IMG/VR virus record: IMGVR_UViG_3300037264_003745
Coordinates: 1 to 58,313 of that record
Length of the DNA: 58,313 bases
Strand: one strand, 5' to 3'
Source of the DNA: a virus
Lineage: Duplodnaviria > Caudoviricetes
Part shown: in pieces, positions 27,256 through 37,883 of the stretch
How positions within the stretch are numbered: position 1 is the stretch's first letter
Layout: each line of letters opens with the position of its first letter
Notes under the pieces: model-generated
Told to the model about the DNA's origin: nothing
Database searches by the model: none
The model's input: the letters and a program-made list of their open reading frames with translations, nothing else
Made by a program: the position numbers and the translations under genes

Positions 27256-30200
27256 GTGAGCAGCTCCATCACGCATCTCGAGCGTCTCCGAAGACTCCGG
27301 CTCCTCCGTGATCAGGCTGATGATTCGAGGGACAGCGAGTTCGCGCCGCTCGACGCCATCGTCAACCCCGTCGACGATCCCAGGCTGAGCCCGGACTTCG
27401 CAGCCGCGATCCGCTCCGAGCCCGAGCCCGAGCCCGAGCCCGACAGCCCTGGCGCTCTCCGCACCGGCTGGTCCTACGCCACGTCGCCCATCCGCGCCCT
27501 GATGGGCTACACCGGCACGATCCTTCCCCAGGTCATACGCCAGTTCGACCCCGAGGCATACGGGCGTGCCGCGGAGGAGCTCAAGCAGCGGGAGAAGATC
27601 GGCCCGGAGTTCGCGCGGGGGGCTGAGGAGCTGCCGGCGACCGGCGACGTGCTGGCGCAGTACGTCCCGGATGAGGCGAGGGAGAGTCTTCTCGGCCGGA
27701 CAGTCGGCCCGGTCGCGCGCCTCGGCGCGAACATCCTCGGTGATCCGACCTCCTATATCGGTTGGGGTCTGCTCCCGAGGCTCGCCGCGGCGGGGAGAGC
27801 AGGTCGGGCGCTCGAGGGGCTCGAAGCGCTGGGGAGAGTCGGGGCGGTGAAGGAAGCTGCGAGGGCCGCTCTCGCATCCTCCACGATGGCGGGCCATCTC
27901 CGCGGCGTAGGCAAGCTCGGCCTCTCCCTCCCCATCTCCCCGTTCGCAGGGCTCGCCTACGCACCGGAGCTCGTCGAGGGTGTCGCTGGGCAGGCGAAGG
28001 AGTCGGTCGAGGCGGTGGAGGCAGGGAGGTACGAGGAAGCAGCGTCGAGCGGAGTCGGCGCGATGCTGATGGGCGGGCTCGGAGTGCTCGTCACGCGTGG
28101 TGTCATCTCCGAGTCACGGGCGGTGGACGTCGCCAAGCGGGCGGTAGACGAGCAGCTCGGGCTGACGGCGAAGGCGAAGGCGGAGGCGGATGCGAGGACG
28201 TCCGGCGGGGGAGGCGCGGAAGGCGGAATGGTCTCCCCGCGACAGCAGATTGAAGGGCTGAGGCAGGAGCCGCAGCCGACGGACGTCGAGGGCTTCGAGG
28301 GTGTCGAGGGCGAGGGATTTGCCGAGGCCCCGGCGGGGATGGCAGCCCCCACCGCCCCCACCGCCCCCACTGTCCGCGCCGAGGCCCCGCCGCAGGCCAC
28401 TCAGACCGCTCCGATCGCTCCGATCGTAGGTCCGGTCGCGGCTCCCCCGGACGTCCCCGTGCCCCTGCCGACCCTGCCGGAGGCGCTCGAGCAGCTCCTA
28501 CAGGACAAGGCGAAGTCCGGTGCCCTCCTCACCTCCTCAGAAGTTGAGTCTCTCGGACTCATATCAAAGACGAAGCGGAAGACTGCCGAGGAGAAGCTGA
28601 AGAAGCTCGGGGTGTGGGACAGGCTGGAGTACGTCCCTGGTCTTGGGTACAAGGTGAAGGCCGGGGGGCAGCCGGCTCCGCCCGTCTCCCCCACAGCCGC
28701 GCCCGACGCGCCCGACGCACCCGTCGACGCTGCCGTGCCGCGCGACACCGCCGCTCCCTCTGCGCGACCGCCGGCCGCACCCGCCCCGGCCGCTGATGGA
28801 GTCCGTCCCTCCTGGTTCCAGGAGGTTCGAGACGCTGACGCTGAGCCTGCCGAGTCCGTCTCCGCCCCCGTCTCCGCCCCCGCTCCCGCTCCCGCTCCCG
28901 CTCCCGCTCCCGCCCCCGCCGTCATCACCCGCGCCGAGATCCGCCGTCAGCTCGCCGACCCCGCTCTCCGCGCCCAGGCCGACGACGCTCTCCGCACCAT
29001 CTCCAGCGAGACCGGCGTCCCTCTCCATCTCCTCACCCCCGTTCACGTCCAGGCGGTCTTCCCAGGCGACGCCAACTCCGCCACCCGAGCCGTGCTCAAC
29101 CAGCTCGTCAGCCCCGGTCGCGAGGCTCGAGGCACGCGGCCTCCTCCGCCCGAACCCTCCGCCCCCTCCGCCTCTCTCACGCTCGACGCACTCGCCGCAC
29201 GCCAGCACGAGCCCGGAGCGCGCGCGCGCATGGAGGAGATCGCCGCCGCACCGGATCGGCCGGAAGCCGCGGCGATCGAGCCCACCCCCATCCCCCGCGC
29301 CATCCGCACGCCGGCCGAGCTCACAACCGCCCGAGCCGAGCTCCTCGAGATCCGAGACTTCGTCGCATCCGACCCCGAGCGCTGGGGACCGGCGCTCGCC
29401 GATCGCGACATCGAGCTCACGACCGCAGTCGAAGACGCCCTCCGCCGCGGTGTCGGTCCTCCGATGCCGGAGTTGCGGCGGGCGGAGAGGATGGAGGAGC
29501 TGAAGCCCGAGCCGCCCGAGCCGCGGGAGATGATCTACGAGAGCCTCCCGGCCGGGCGTCCGCGCGTCCCCGCGCCCGGTGCCGAGCGCCTGGAGCGATT
29601 GGCGCTCGCGCGGCCCGCACCCACACCCTTGACCGCCGAAGAGACCGCACGCGCCTCCGACCTGCATGAGGCGACGAGGCAGAAGTGGGCGCGGGACATG
29701 CGGGAGGGGCGGAGAAGCACCCCCGCCCCCACATCGCCAGTCACGAGAGGTCCGGTCGCGGTCGAAGCCGATATCGCAGCGGGGACCGGGCCGCTCGAGT
29801 GGATGCGAGCGTTCCTCGTCGACGAGCCAGCTACGAGCCGCATCATGCAGAAGGGGACCACGAATGGCGTTACCAGCAAAGCTGCCTACCTCGCTCCCCC
29901 TGTCTACCGCTACCAGAAGGCAGCCTTCCGCGCCGGGGCCGAGCTTTTCCTGGGCAAGTCCCGCGGCTTGGACCCAGGCCAAGGTGTGAGGCTCGCCGAC
30001 CCAACCGTCACAGTGGCTGAGCTCCACTTGGTGATGTCCGCGGCCGAGCGCAACCCCGAGATGTTTGGCGGTCGACCCCGCAACATCCGTGAGCTCGATC
30101 CGAAGCAGATGGCGGTTGCGGCTCCGCGCCTCGTCGGCACGACACGGCCGGAAGAGATCGAGATGGCAGACTGGAGCAAGGGGGGATTCCTCTACGATTC

Positions 30201-33200
30201 TCGCTCCCCCGCCGGACGCATCCAGCGACAGATCCGCAGGACCGACACCTACAGGGGACTGCCCGGAGCCGAGCAGCTTCTACAGGATAAGCTGACAGAC
30301 TGGCTCGAAGGTCTCGGTCGAGACGACGCTCTCCACCGCGCCTCCGGCGAGGCTCGCGCCGAGGTCGCGTCGCGGAAGGGTGAAGCGAAAGCAGCCGCGC
30401 TCGATGCCGCGGGAAAGACCGAAGAAGCCGCGGCCCTCCGCCAGAAGACGCTGACGGATGTCGACGCCATCTTCAGACGCGCCGAGGCCAGTGAGAAAAA
30501 CGCGCAGAATATCCGCCGTCTCCTCCTCGAGGAGCCCCCTCCGAAGCCGGTGGAGATCGAGAAACTTCTCCGCAAACATCTCGGCGACCGCTTCAAGGAC
30601 TTCCTCAAGGTCAAGGCTCCGGGCGGCAAGAACACATCGTTCATAGATGACGTGATCGCGAACGGGGAGGCCGCACGTCTCGACAAGAGCCTGCACGGCC
30701 GCAGCGCTGTCTCCGACGAGGGAGTCCTCCGTGTCGCCGCGCTGGACGCGGGGCAGCACGCTCTCATCGAGCCTGCCGCCGCATCCGTCGAACCCGCCAA
30801 ACCCGCTCCCCGCCCGGTCCCGCGTTATGCTGTCGACATCCCCACCCGCCCCGAGGGTCTCTCCACAGCCGATTGGACGCGCCACGTCACCTCCGACAGT
30901 GGTCGCGATCTTCTCCACCGCATCCTTGGCTCCGTCTCGCGTCTGCGCTGGGAGGCGGAGGCCAGCAAGGGGCAGCTCAACTCCCAGCACATCATCGACC
31001 TTCGCCGGATCGCATCGGACCTCGGCATCTCGGAAGGTAACAAGAAGAGCGCGAGCAAGATCGCTGACGGGATCGCCAACAAGCTCGAGCGCGAGCTTCC
31101 CTCGCCCTCCGCCTCCGCTTTCCTCACCGACGAGCTCGTCGCCGAACGAGGCTCGGTGTGGAGACAGGCCGTAGAGCGCTCCTCGGTCGATCCCACCACC
31201 AACGCTCGAGTCGTGGACTTCGAGGGCGACGCCGCGGATCTCGTCCAGCCCCTCCACTCCGTCCTCAGCTCGGACTACGTCGCCGCTGTCTCCCGCGTCA
31301 TCTCCGACGCAGCTCGCCTCACCAAGCTCCCCTCGAGCCTCGGCGGCTTCATGTCGTCCCCGGCGCTCGAGGGCGTCCGTCTCGATGACGGCGTCTACAT
31401 CAACTCTCTTCACAGCCGTCACCGGGCGCTCTCCGAAGTGCCTGCCGGGCTCGAGGGAGAAGCACGCGCGGATGCGCTCAACTACCTCACAGCCCGTTCC
31501 ACCGTCGATCTCATCCTCCACGAGATCACGCACAAGTCTCTCAACCTCGCTCGTCACGTCGCAGAGACCGCTGACGTAGCGTTCTCACGCGCGTACTCGG
31601 ACGTCATACGCACGGTGTCGCCGATCTACGGCGACCTCGTCCGCCGCGTGCAGGACACACTCTCGCCGCTCTCTGCCCAGCTCGATGAGGTGTACCCGTC
31701 CTATCGCACTGCGTTCGAGCGTTACAAGGAAGGAGCTGAACGTGTCAAGTCCGGTCCCGGTCCCGGTCCCGTCTCCGCCGTCTCCGTCCCCACAGGATCT
31801 CGTGCTCGGACAGATCAAGCAGTCCATCCGCCCGGTCAACCCGGATCCACGGGAGATCGAGCAGGCGCTTCTCATGGCGTTCCGCCTGGGGTACGACCCA
31901 TCCGACCTATACCTCCGGGCGATCCAGGCGCGGCCGCAGGAGTTCGATCCGGCACCGGGGATAGGGGAGGTGCTGACGCCGGAGGTGCTGGAGTACCTGA
32001 GCACCTGGGACGAGAGGTCGAACGCGGGCGAGTAGCATCTCCCTCAGCCGCCGCTACGCTCACGGATTCGAGCGTCACCCTCGGATCGGCCAAGCACGCG
32101 CAGGAAGTCGAAGACCACTTCGCACGCTTCTTCGCCTCCGAAACCGCACGCTACTCCGGCCACCCAGAGGCCGCGGATCGCTACCTCAAACAGCTCGAGG
32201 CCGTCCGCGCTCTCCCGCCCGACGTGCAGGCCCGGATGAAAGCGGCCGGCCCCCGACGCCCATTCGACATCGGCTACAACGTCACCAAGATCCACCCCGA
32301 CGCCATGTCGGACGAGCAGCGGATGGTGGTGGCGATGGCGGTCAAGATGCGGGAGGCCATCCAGAGGGTCGGAGGTGATCCCGCCTCCCGAGCCGTCCCC
32401 TACACGCGCGAGCGCTTGCGCGAGGACATGAAGGTCGTCCTCGGCACTCACACGCCGGAGGAGTTCGTCGACATGGCGGCGGTGGCGAGGACGATCCAGA
32501 CCCCTGCTGATCTCGCGCTCCTCAAGACGGTCGCCGTGACGTTCTCGGCCAAGGTGGACGAGTACCGAACGCGACTCGTGGCTGCGGAGAGAGACCTCGC
32601 TACAGCCAAGAAGTCCGGCGACACGGTCGCGGAGAGCGAAGCCCGCTCGAACGTCACGGTGACGAACGATCTGCTCGCTCAAGCCGTCCTCCGCAGTGAA
32701 CACGCGATCTTCACGCTTCTCCCGCACACCACGCGCGTCGCACGGATGCTGCAAGCTCTCAACCAGACGTTCGCACCGCTCACCGCTGAAGAGACTTTCC
32801 GCTCTCGATTCATGGGAGCGCTGTCGAACTCCCATGTCAAGAAGCCGAAGGCCGAAGAGTTCTACGAGATGTTCATGGATCAGCGGAAGCTCGGACCGGC
32901 CGCGAATTGGTCTGAGTTCATCACCGCATTCCGAAAGGCGACCAAGCCGAGCTACTTCAACCGCTTCATCGAGTTCTGGAAGGCCGGTCTCCTCGGCATC
33001 CCAACGCAGATCGTCAACGTCACTAGCACCGGTGGATTCCTCGCACTCCGCAACCTCGAGCACGCTGTCTCTATTCCCGCGAACATCGCCTTCACCAGTC
33101 TGCGGGGGCGCTCCCAGGAGCGCTTCATCAGCGAGGCCGCAGCTCGCATGAAGTCGACGCGGATGGGACTGCGAGAGGCGTGGGACGGGCTCAAGCTGGA

Positions 33201-34767
33201 TATCGGGGATATCGCCAACCTCCGACCACCCGATCTCGGGCGACGCCTCGAGATGGGGTCGTTCTATGACGAGCCCAACCTCCGACAGCTCTTCGGCGCT
33301 ATCGGTGGAAAGACTGGGGAGTTCGTGCGCATCCCCTTCAAGTTCCTCGACGCCTTCGACAACTTCTACAAGCACATCATTCGGAATCAGGAGTGGGCGG
33401 CGAGAGCGAACCGGATGGCGCACGATGTCGAACGCCGCTCTCCTGGCGAGGCCGTCTCTCATGCATCCGACCGCATCTACGACGAGCTCCGCCGCCTCGC
33501 ATCGGACCCGTTCTCGCACTTCGAGCTGTGGAAGAAGCCCGGCTATCGAGAGGCGATCGAAGGGGGTCGGAACGCTTCCACCTCCGACACGTTCCAGGAG
33601 GCTCTCGTCGGGAACTCGGTGCGGAGAGCCATGGGTAACTTCCGCGATGGTGTGCAGGCTCATCCAGCGCTCGAGCTCCTCTTCCCCTTCTGGAAGACAC
33701 CTTTCAACATCCTCGCCGAGGGGATGAAGCGCACGCCGATCGCGGTGGCCTGGGCGCTCCGCAAGTATGCGAAGGGCGAGCCCGGATTCGACGACCCGGC
33801 ATTCATCGAGGCCATGGTGAAGTCCGGTCTCGGCAGCATCTTCATGCTGTCCGCGGCTGGTCTCGCCCTCCAAGGCGGGTTGACCGGTGGCGGACCTGCC
33901 GATCCAAAGCAAGCCCAGCTCCTCAAGAACACGGGTTGGCAGCCGCGGTCATTCAAGATCGGCGACCAGTACATCTCCTATCAGCGCCTCGCTCCCTTCT
34001 CGATCCTGATCGGGATGGCGGCGGACATCGCCGAAGCCTGGGAGCGCAAGGACATCGACACGGGGGCGGAGCTCATCCAGAAAGGCGTCGCGTCGTTCTC
34101 GGACAACGTCATGGATCAGACGTTCGTCACCGGACTCAGCGCGCTCACGAAGATCCTGACGGACCCGCAGCGCGAGGGTCTGTCCGCCATCCGCGGTCTC
34201 CAGGCGTCGCTCATCCCGAACATCGTCGGCGTCGTGCCGGTCGGCCATCTCGCCCGCGCGATTGATCCGATCTACCGCGAAACCGAGGCGTTCACGACCA
34301 GCCCGATGCAAGCGCAGGTGCCGTTCCTCTCGAAGCTCCTCCCGCCGCAGCTCGAGCCGACCGGAGAGCAGCGAGAACGCAAGGGCACACCGGTTGAGCG
34401 TCTCCTCTTGCCGTTCACACGCTCGACCGTCCAGACCGGGCCGATCGCCGACGCTGCGACGGAGATCGTGCGGCTCGGGAAGTCGCTCGAACCCACGCCG
34501 CGCTTCTTCCGTGTCGGCGAGGAGCGCATCTACTACTCGGAGAGTGAGCGCGAGCAGATCGCGAATGCGGTGACGCGGGGAGTGCGTGAAGTGGCCCGGC
34601 TCACTCGGAAGTCCTCCTATCGTGCGCTGCCGGACGCCGATTCTCCCGAGGATCCAGGCGCGCGCACGAAGTACGACGCCATCCTCGCCATCCTCAATCA
34701 CTACCGCGCACCTGTCACGGCGAGAGCGCGAAGAGCGGCGGAGCGGCGTTGGAGAGCGGAGAGATGA
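27256..34767 (+). CDS. Giant internal virion/DNA-ejection (polyvalent-type) protein, 2503 aa
   Basis: Size and position; LILHEITH (HExxH); C-terminal LFPFWKTPFNI and GWQPRSFKIGDQYISYQRLAPF motifs seen in large podoviral internal proteins. Confidence 0.8.
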   Translation: MSSSITHLERLRRLRLLRDQADDSRDSEFAPLDAIVNPVDDPRLSPDFAAAIRSEPEPEPEPDSPGALRTGWSYATSPIRALMGYTGTILPQVIRQFDPEAYGRAAEELKQREKIGPEFARGAEELPATGDVLAQYVPDEARESLLGRTVGPVARLGANILGDPTSYIGWGLLPRLAAAGRAGRALEGLEALGRVGAVKEAARAALASSTMAGHLRGVGKLGLSLPISPFAGLAYAPELVEGVAGQAKESVEAVEAGRYEEAASSGVGAMLMGGLGVLVTRGVISESRAVDVAKRAVDEQLGLTAKAKAEADARTSGGGGAEGGMVSPRQQIEGLRQEPQPTDVEGFEGVEGEGFAEAPAGMAAPTAPTAPTVRAEAPPQATQTAPIAPIVGPVAAPPDVPVPLPTLPEALEQLLQDKAKSGALLTSSEVESLGLISKTKRKTAEEKLKKLGVWDRLEYVPGLGYKVKAGGQPAPPVSPTAAPDAPDAPVDAAVPRDTAAPSARPPAAPAPAADGVRPSWFQEVRDADAEPAESVSAPVSAPAPAPAPAPAPAPAVITRAEIRRQLADPALRAQADDALRTISSETGVPLHLLTPVHVQAVFPGDANSATRAVLNQLVSPGREARGTRPPPPEPSAPSASLTLDALAARQHEPGARARMEEIAAAPDRPEAAAIEPTPIPRAIRTPAELTTARAELLEIRDFVASDPERWGPALADRDIELTTAVEDALRRGVGPPMPELRRAERMEELKPEPPEPREMIYESLPAGRPRVPAPGAERLERLALARPAPTPLTAEETARASDLHEATRQKWARDMREGRRSTPAPTSPVTRGPVAVEADIAAGTGPLEWMRAFLVDEPATSRIMQKGTTNGVTSKAAYLAPPVYRYQKAAFRAGAELFLGKSRGLDPGQGVRLADPTVTVAELHLVMSAAERNPEMFGGRPRNIRELDPKQMAVAAPRLVGTTRPEEIEMADWSKGGFLYDSRSPAGRIQRQIRRTDTYRGLPGAEQLLQDKLTDWLEGLGRDDALHRASGEARAEVASRKGEAKAAALDAAGKTEEAAALRQKTLTDVDAIFRRAEASEKNAQNIRRLLLEEPPPKPVEIEKLLRKHLGDRFKDFLKVKAPGGKNTSFIDDVIANGEAARLDKSLHGRSAVSDEGVLRVAALDAGQHALIEPAAASVEPAKPAPRPVPRYAVDIPTRPEGLSTADWTRHVTSDSGRDLLHRILGSVSRLRWEAEASKGQLNSQHIIDLRRIASDLGISEGNKKSASKIADGIANKLERELPSPSASAFLTDELVAERGSVWRQAVERSSVDPTTNARVVDFEGDAADLVQPLHSVLSSDYVAAVSRVISDAARLTKLPSSLGGFMSSPALEGVRLDDGVYINSLHSRHRALSEVPAGLEGEARADALNYLTARSTVDLILHEITHKSLNLARHVAETADVAFSRAYSDVIRTVSPIYGDLVRRVQDTLSPLSAQLDEVYPSYRTAFERYKEGAERVKSGPGPGPVSAVSVPTGSRARTDQAVHPPGQPGSTGDRAGASHGVPPGVRPIRPIPPGDPGAAAGVRSGTGDRGGADAGGAGVPEHLGREVERGRVASPSAAATLTDSSVTLGSAKHAQEVEDHFARFFASETARYSGHPEAADRYLKQLEAVRALPPDVQARMKAAGPRRPFDIGYNVTKIHPDAMSDEQRMVVAMAVKMREAIQRVGGDPASRAVPYTRERLREDMKVVLGTHTPEEFVDMAAVARTIQTPADLALLKTVAVTFSAKVDEYRTRLVAAERDLATAKKSGDTVAESEARSNVTVTNDLLAQAVLRSEHAIFTLLPHTTRVARMLQALNQTFAPLTAEETFRSRFMGALSNSHVKKPKAEEFYEMFMDQRKLGPAANWSEFITAFRKATKPSYFNRFIEFWKAGLLGIPTQIVNVTSTGGFLALRNLEHAVSIPANIAFTSLRGRSQERFISEAAARMKSTRMGLREAWDGLKLDIGDIANLRPPDLGRRLEMGSFYDEPNLRQLFGAIGGKTGEFVRIPFKFLDAFDNFYKHIIRNQEWAARANRMAHDVERRSPGEAVSHASDRIYDELRRLASDPFSHFELWKKPGYREAIEGGRNASTSDTFQEALVGNSVRRAMGNFRDGVQAHPALELLFPFWKTPFNILAEGMKRTPIAVAWALRKYAKGEPGFDDPAFIEAMVKSGLGSIFMLSAAGLALQGGLTGGGPADPKQAQLLKNTGWQPRSFKIGDQYISYQRLAPFSILIGMAADIAEAWERKDIDTGAELIQKGVASFSDNVMDQTFVTGLSALTKILTDPQREGLSAIRGLQASLIPNIVGVVPVGHLARAIDPIYRETEAFTTSPMQAQVPFLSKLLPPQLEPTGEQRERKGTPVERLLLPFTRSTVQTGPIADAATEIVRLGKSLEPTPRFFRVGEERIYYSESEREQIANAVTRGVREVARLTRKSSYRALPDADSPEDPGARTKYDAILAILNHYRAPVTARARRAAERRWRAER
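31742..32035 (+). CDS. Probable overprinted 97-aa gene in the +1 frame inside the giant virion gene
   Basis: AAGGAAGGAG RBS 6 nt before GTG at 31742; about 85% GC3 in this frame by hand count, while the host frame turns into a low-complexity linker. Confidence 0.65.
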   Translation: MSSPVPVPVPSPPSPSPQDLVLGQIKQSIRPVNPDPREIEQALLMAFRLGYDPSDLYLRAIQARPQEFDPAPGIGEVLTPEVLEYLSTWDERSNAGE

Positions 34768-35993
34768 AGTACGCCTCGAGTCGCACCGTCGACACACCGC
34801 CTCGGATCGTTGGCCGCAATCCAACCGAGTACGCACAGGAGCTCCAGGAGTTTCTCGAGAAGCTACACGCGAATATCACGGGCGGTATTCCGCCGGGGTT
34901 CAACGATATCGCGCCGCCTGACATCGAGGGCGGGGTGAGTGCAGCTGCTGGGGCAGAGTCGGACGGCTGGGCCTCGGCATCCCACCAGCACGCGCTGGAC
35001 ACCGCTGGGACGCCGGGCACGGTGGCGACGGTCTCGGCTCAGGGCGACGGGCCGAGCGTCTCGCTCAACGCTCACACGCACCGCCTTGGCATCCTCACCA
35101 CGAAGGGTGATCTTGTCGCGCACAACGGAACCGACCCGGTGCGCTTGCCCGTGGGAACAGCGGCTCTCGTGCTGACGGTCGACGCTGTTGAGACGGCCGG
35201 CGTGAAGTGGTCGACCATGGATCACGGGGCGCTGACCGGGCTCGGAGACGACGACCACACGCAGTACGTGCAAGAGACGACGACGATCTCCACCACCGCA
35301 CCTCTCACGGGCGGGGGGGATCTGAGCGCGAACCGCACGCTGGCGATCTCCGACTTCGGTGGAGACGCAGGGGCGGGGGGGACGAAAGGATCAGTACCCG
35401 CGCCTGCTACCGGTGACGCGGCGGCGGGGAAGTATTTGAAGGCGAGCGGCGGATGGGAGGTGCCACCGGATACGACCGGAGTCCCGACCTCGCGGACGAT
35501 CTCCACAACGGCACCGCTCACCGGGGGCGGCGACCTCACCACGAATCGCACGCTCGATGTCAGCAACTTCGGCGGAGACGCCGGGGCTGGCGGGACGAAG
35601 GGCACGGTGCCGGCTCCGGCGACAGGCGATGCGGCGGCGGGGAAGTATCTCAAGGCGGATGGCACATGGGCAGTCCCGGCGGGCGGTGGAGGTGGAGACC
35701 ACGGCGGGCTGACCGGACTCGCCGACGACGATCACGCGCAGTATCTGATCCTCACCGGAGCGCGCCCGATGACCGGCGCACTCGACATGGATCAGCACTC
35801 GATCACCGACCCGACGCACGTCGACATGGATGTCAGCGTTGCGGCGGGCACGAGCTACACGGCGGCGGAGGGGATCGTCTCGTGGGACTCGGTCGAAGAC
35901 ACGCTCATCGCATACGTGCGGAGCGGGAGCGGCGCCGCGGTCGTGCTGGTGGCGCTCGGCTGGGGCTGCCTGGCGGCGGTGAACGGGACATGA
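34764..35993 (+). CDS. Tail fibre protein with internal repeats
   Basis: H.H motifs, LTTKGDL, two TISTTAPLTGGGDL...GKYLK repeats, two DHGxLTGLxDDDHxQY motifs. Confidence 0.8.
   Translation: MKYASSRTVDTPPRIVGRNPTEYAQELQEFLEKLHANITGGIPPGFNDIAPPDIEGGVSAAAGAESDGWASASHQHALDTAGTPGTVATVSAQGDGPSVSLNAHTHRLGILTTKGDLVAHNGTDPVRLPVGTAALVLTVDAVETAGVKWSTMDHGALTGLGDDDHTQYVQETTTISTTAPLTGGGDLSANRTLAISDFGGDAGAGGTKGSVPAPATGDAAAGKYLKASGGWEVPPDTTGVPTSRTISTTAPLTGGGDLTTNRTLDVSNFGGDAGAGGTKGTVPAPATGDAAAGKYLKADGTWAVPAGGGGGDHGGLTGLADDDHAQYLILTGARPMTGALDMDQHSITDPTHVDMDVSVAAGTSYTAAEGIVSWDSVEDTLIAYVRSGSGAAVVLVALGWGCLAAVNGT
35283..35678 (+). repeat. Tandem ~61-aa tail fibre repeat (213-nt period)
   Basis: Units start at 35283 and 35496; near-identical in protein, with many synonymous changes. 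Confidence 0.85.
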
Positions 35994-36718
35994 TCATCCC
36001 TGGCGGATGGGACGTGAAGATCGGTATCAGTGCATCTCCGGACTACGGACGGCTGATCAGCGTGGGCGGTCTCGTCTGGAACAAGAATGAGAATGCCGGA
36101 TTCTACGGTTACGACACGTATCCAGACGATTCCGACGCTGCGCTCGATGCGATGCTGCGATGGGGCGCGAACAAGCCGTCGGGAGCGTTGTCGTTGCTGG
36201 AAGTGCAGTCGGAGAGCGCCGCGGCGGGAGCTGGAGCGTACGGCTCGGCGTTCAACGCTGGTCTAGCGCGGCTCGGGCACACGGTGACGCTTACGGGCTT
36301 CGGGAACAAGTTCAACGGGTACGAGCCACTCGACTACGACGTGCTGATCCTACTCGATACCACGCTCTCGACAACGGAGACGTACCAGGGGTCAGCGGTG
36401 TACAACACCAAGGTGGACTACATACTGTCCCATGGCGGCGCGATCCTCCTTGACAACATCAATGGTCGAGTGGACCGTTACGGGCTGGATATTCAAGGCT
36501 CGCCCAATCACGCCAGTCACCCCGCCACTCCGAGTCAGCGGCCATTCTACTGCGATGCGATCGGACCGCTGCTGTACAAGCTCGCACTCCAGACGACGAA
36601 GATCGTGACCGCAGGCACGAACGTCATGGGGGGCGAAGCGACGGTGTATGCCTGCAACGTCGCCCACGCGCAGGGCGTAATCGGGCTGTGGACGAAGCCG
36701 TGGAAGCCGGTGACATAG
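35990..36718 (+). CDS. Tail-associated hypothetical protein
   Basis: ATGA overlap with the fibre gene. Confidence 0.7.
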   Translation: MIIPGGWDVKIGISASPDYGRLISVGGLVWNKNENAGFYGYDTYPDDSDAALDAMLRWGANKPSGALSLLEVQSESAAAGAGAYGSAFNAGLARLGHTVTLTGFGNKFNGYEPLDYDVLILLDTTLSTTETYQGSAVYNTKVDYILSHGGAILLDNINGRVDRYGLDIQGSPNHASHPATPSQRPFYCDAIGPLLYKLALQTTKIVTAGTNVMGGEATVYACNVAHAQGVIGLWTKPWKPVT

Positions 36719-36721
36719 ACC

Positions 36722-37873
36722 ATGGCAACGATCGCGCGATTCACACTAGTCCAGATCGACTCTGTCATCGGCGGCAAGCCGGCCGTCATCCCATGGACGC
36801 CTGCTGCCTATGAGCAGCCTGGATTGGCAACTGCGCACAAGCTCCTTGGCGTGACGGCGACTGCGTCCGCGTACGGCGAGCCCGTCGCGACGATGATGCG
36901 CGGGTATCTGCGAGCGGTGACGGAGCAGAACAGCGAGACGTGGGCGGCGGGCGATATCTTGTGGGCGAAGTCGGACGGGTCGATCACGAAGACGCGCCCG
37001 ACCGCACCGACGCCGCTCGTGGTTGTCGGCACGGTGTTCGCGGACGAGGACGCGGGAACGAACTTCACAATCGACGTGGACGTGCGAGTGCTGCCGTCGC
37101 TCGGCGAGCTGTCCGGCGTGAAGGTCGAGACCCCTGTCGACCTCGACGTGCTGATTTTCGCGAGCGCCACCCACACATGGGATCCGCGTCAGTTGATCGG
37201 CGCGGATGTCGCCAACACCCCGGCAGGTGGGATCGCGGCGACCACGGTGCAGGCGGCGGTGAACGAGCTGGATACGGAGAAGGCGAATCTCGCGAGCCCA
37301 ACATTCACGGGCATTCCGGCAGCACCGACGGCGGCGGTCGGCACCACGACCACGCAGATTGCGACGACCGCATTCGTCGACGCCGAGGCAGTTGCCAAGG
37401 CCGGCGATTCGATGACGGGCAGGCTCACGATCACGCTTTCCGGTAATTCAGGGTTTATCGTTCGTAGCACTGACGCGACTTTTGATAGCGCAATGTATCA
37501 AAATGTCCTCGGAGCCGCCCTATTCTTATCCAACTGGGATTTACCAACCGTCGCACAATCCGACGCGACAAAATCTACATGGTTTTTCACCATGAATCCC
37601 GCAGGAGATTTCGCCGCCATTGGAAGATATCCCCCGGGTGGGGCGGCAACAACATTGTTTAGGATAAATAATGCCGGTAACGTCGGCATCGGCACGACCG
37701 CGCCAACTACGATCTTCGACGCGAACGGTGACACAATGCGGCTGCGCACGGCGAAGACTCCGGCGAGTGCCGCTGCGGCTGGAGACGTGGGGTCCATCTG
37801 CTGGGACGCCTCGTACATCTACATCTGCACAGCCACCAACACATGGAAGAGAGTCGCAATCGCGACATGGTAA
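36722..37873 (+). CDS. Tail fibre protein
   Basis: LASPTFTGIPAAPTAAVGTTTTQIATTAFV, GNVGIGTTAP, C-terminal GSICWDASYIYICTATNTWKRVAIATW. Confidence 0.85.
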   Translation: MATIARFTLVQIDSVIGGKPAVIPWTPAAYEQPGLATAHKLLGVTATASAYGEPVATMMRGYLRAVTEQNSETWAAGDILWAKSDGSITKTRPTAPTPLVVVGTVFADEDAGTNFTIDVDVRVLPSLGELSGVKVETPVDLDVLIFASATHTWDPRQLIGADVANTPAGGIAATTVQAAVNELDTEKANLASPTFTGIPAAPTAAVGTTTTQIATTAFVDAEAVAKAGDSMTGRLTITLSGNSGFIVRSTDATFDSAMYQNVLGAALFLSNWDLPTVAQSDATKSTWFFTMNPAGDFAAIGRYPPGGAATTLFRINNAGNVGIGTTAPTTIFDANGDTMRLRTAKTPASAAAAGDVGSICWDASYIYICTATNTWKRVAIATW

Positions 37874-37883
37874 GGGGGACTCG

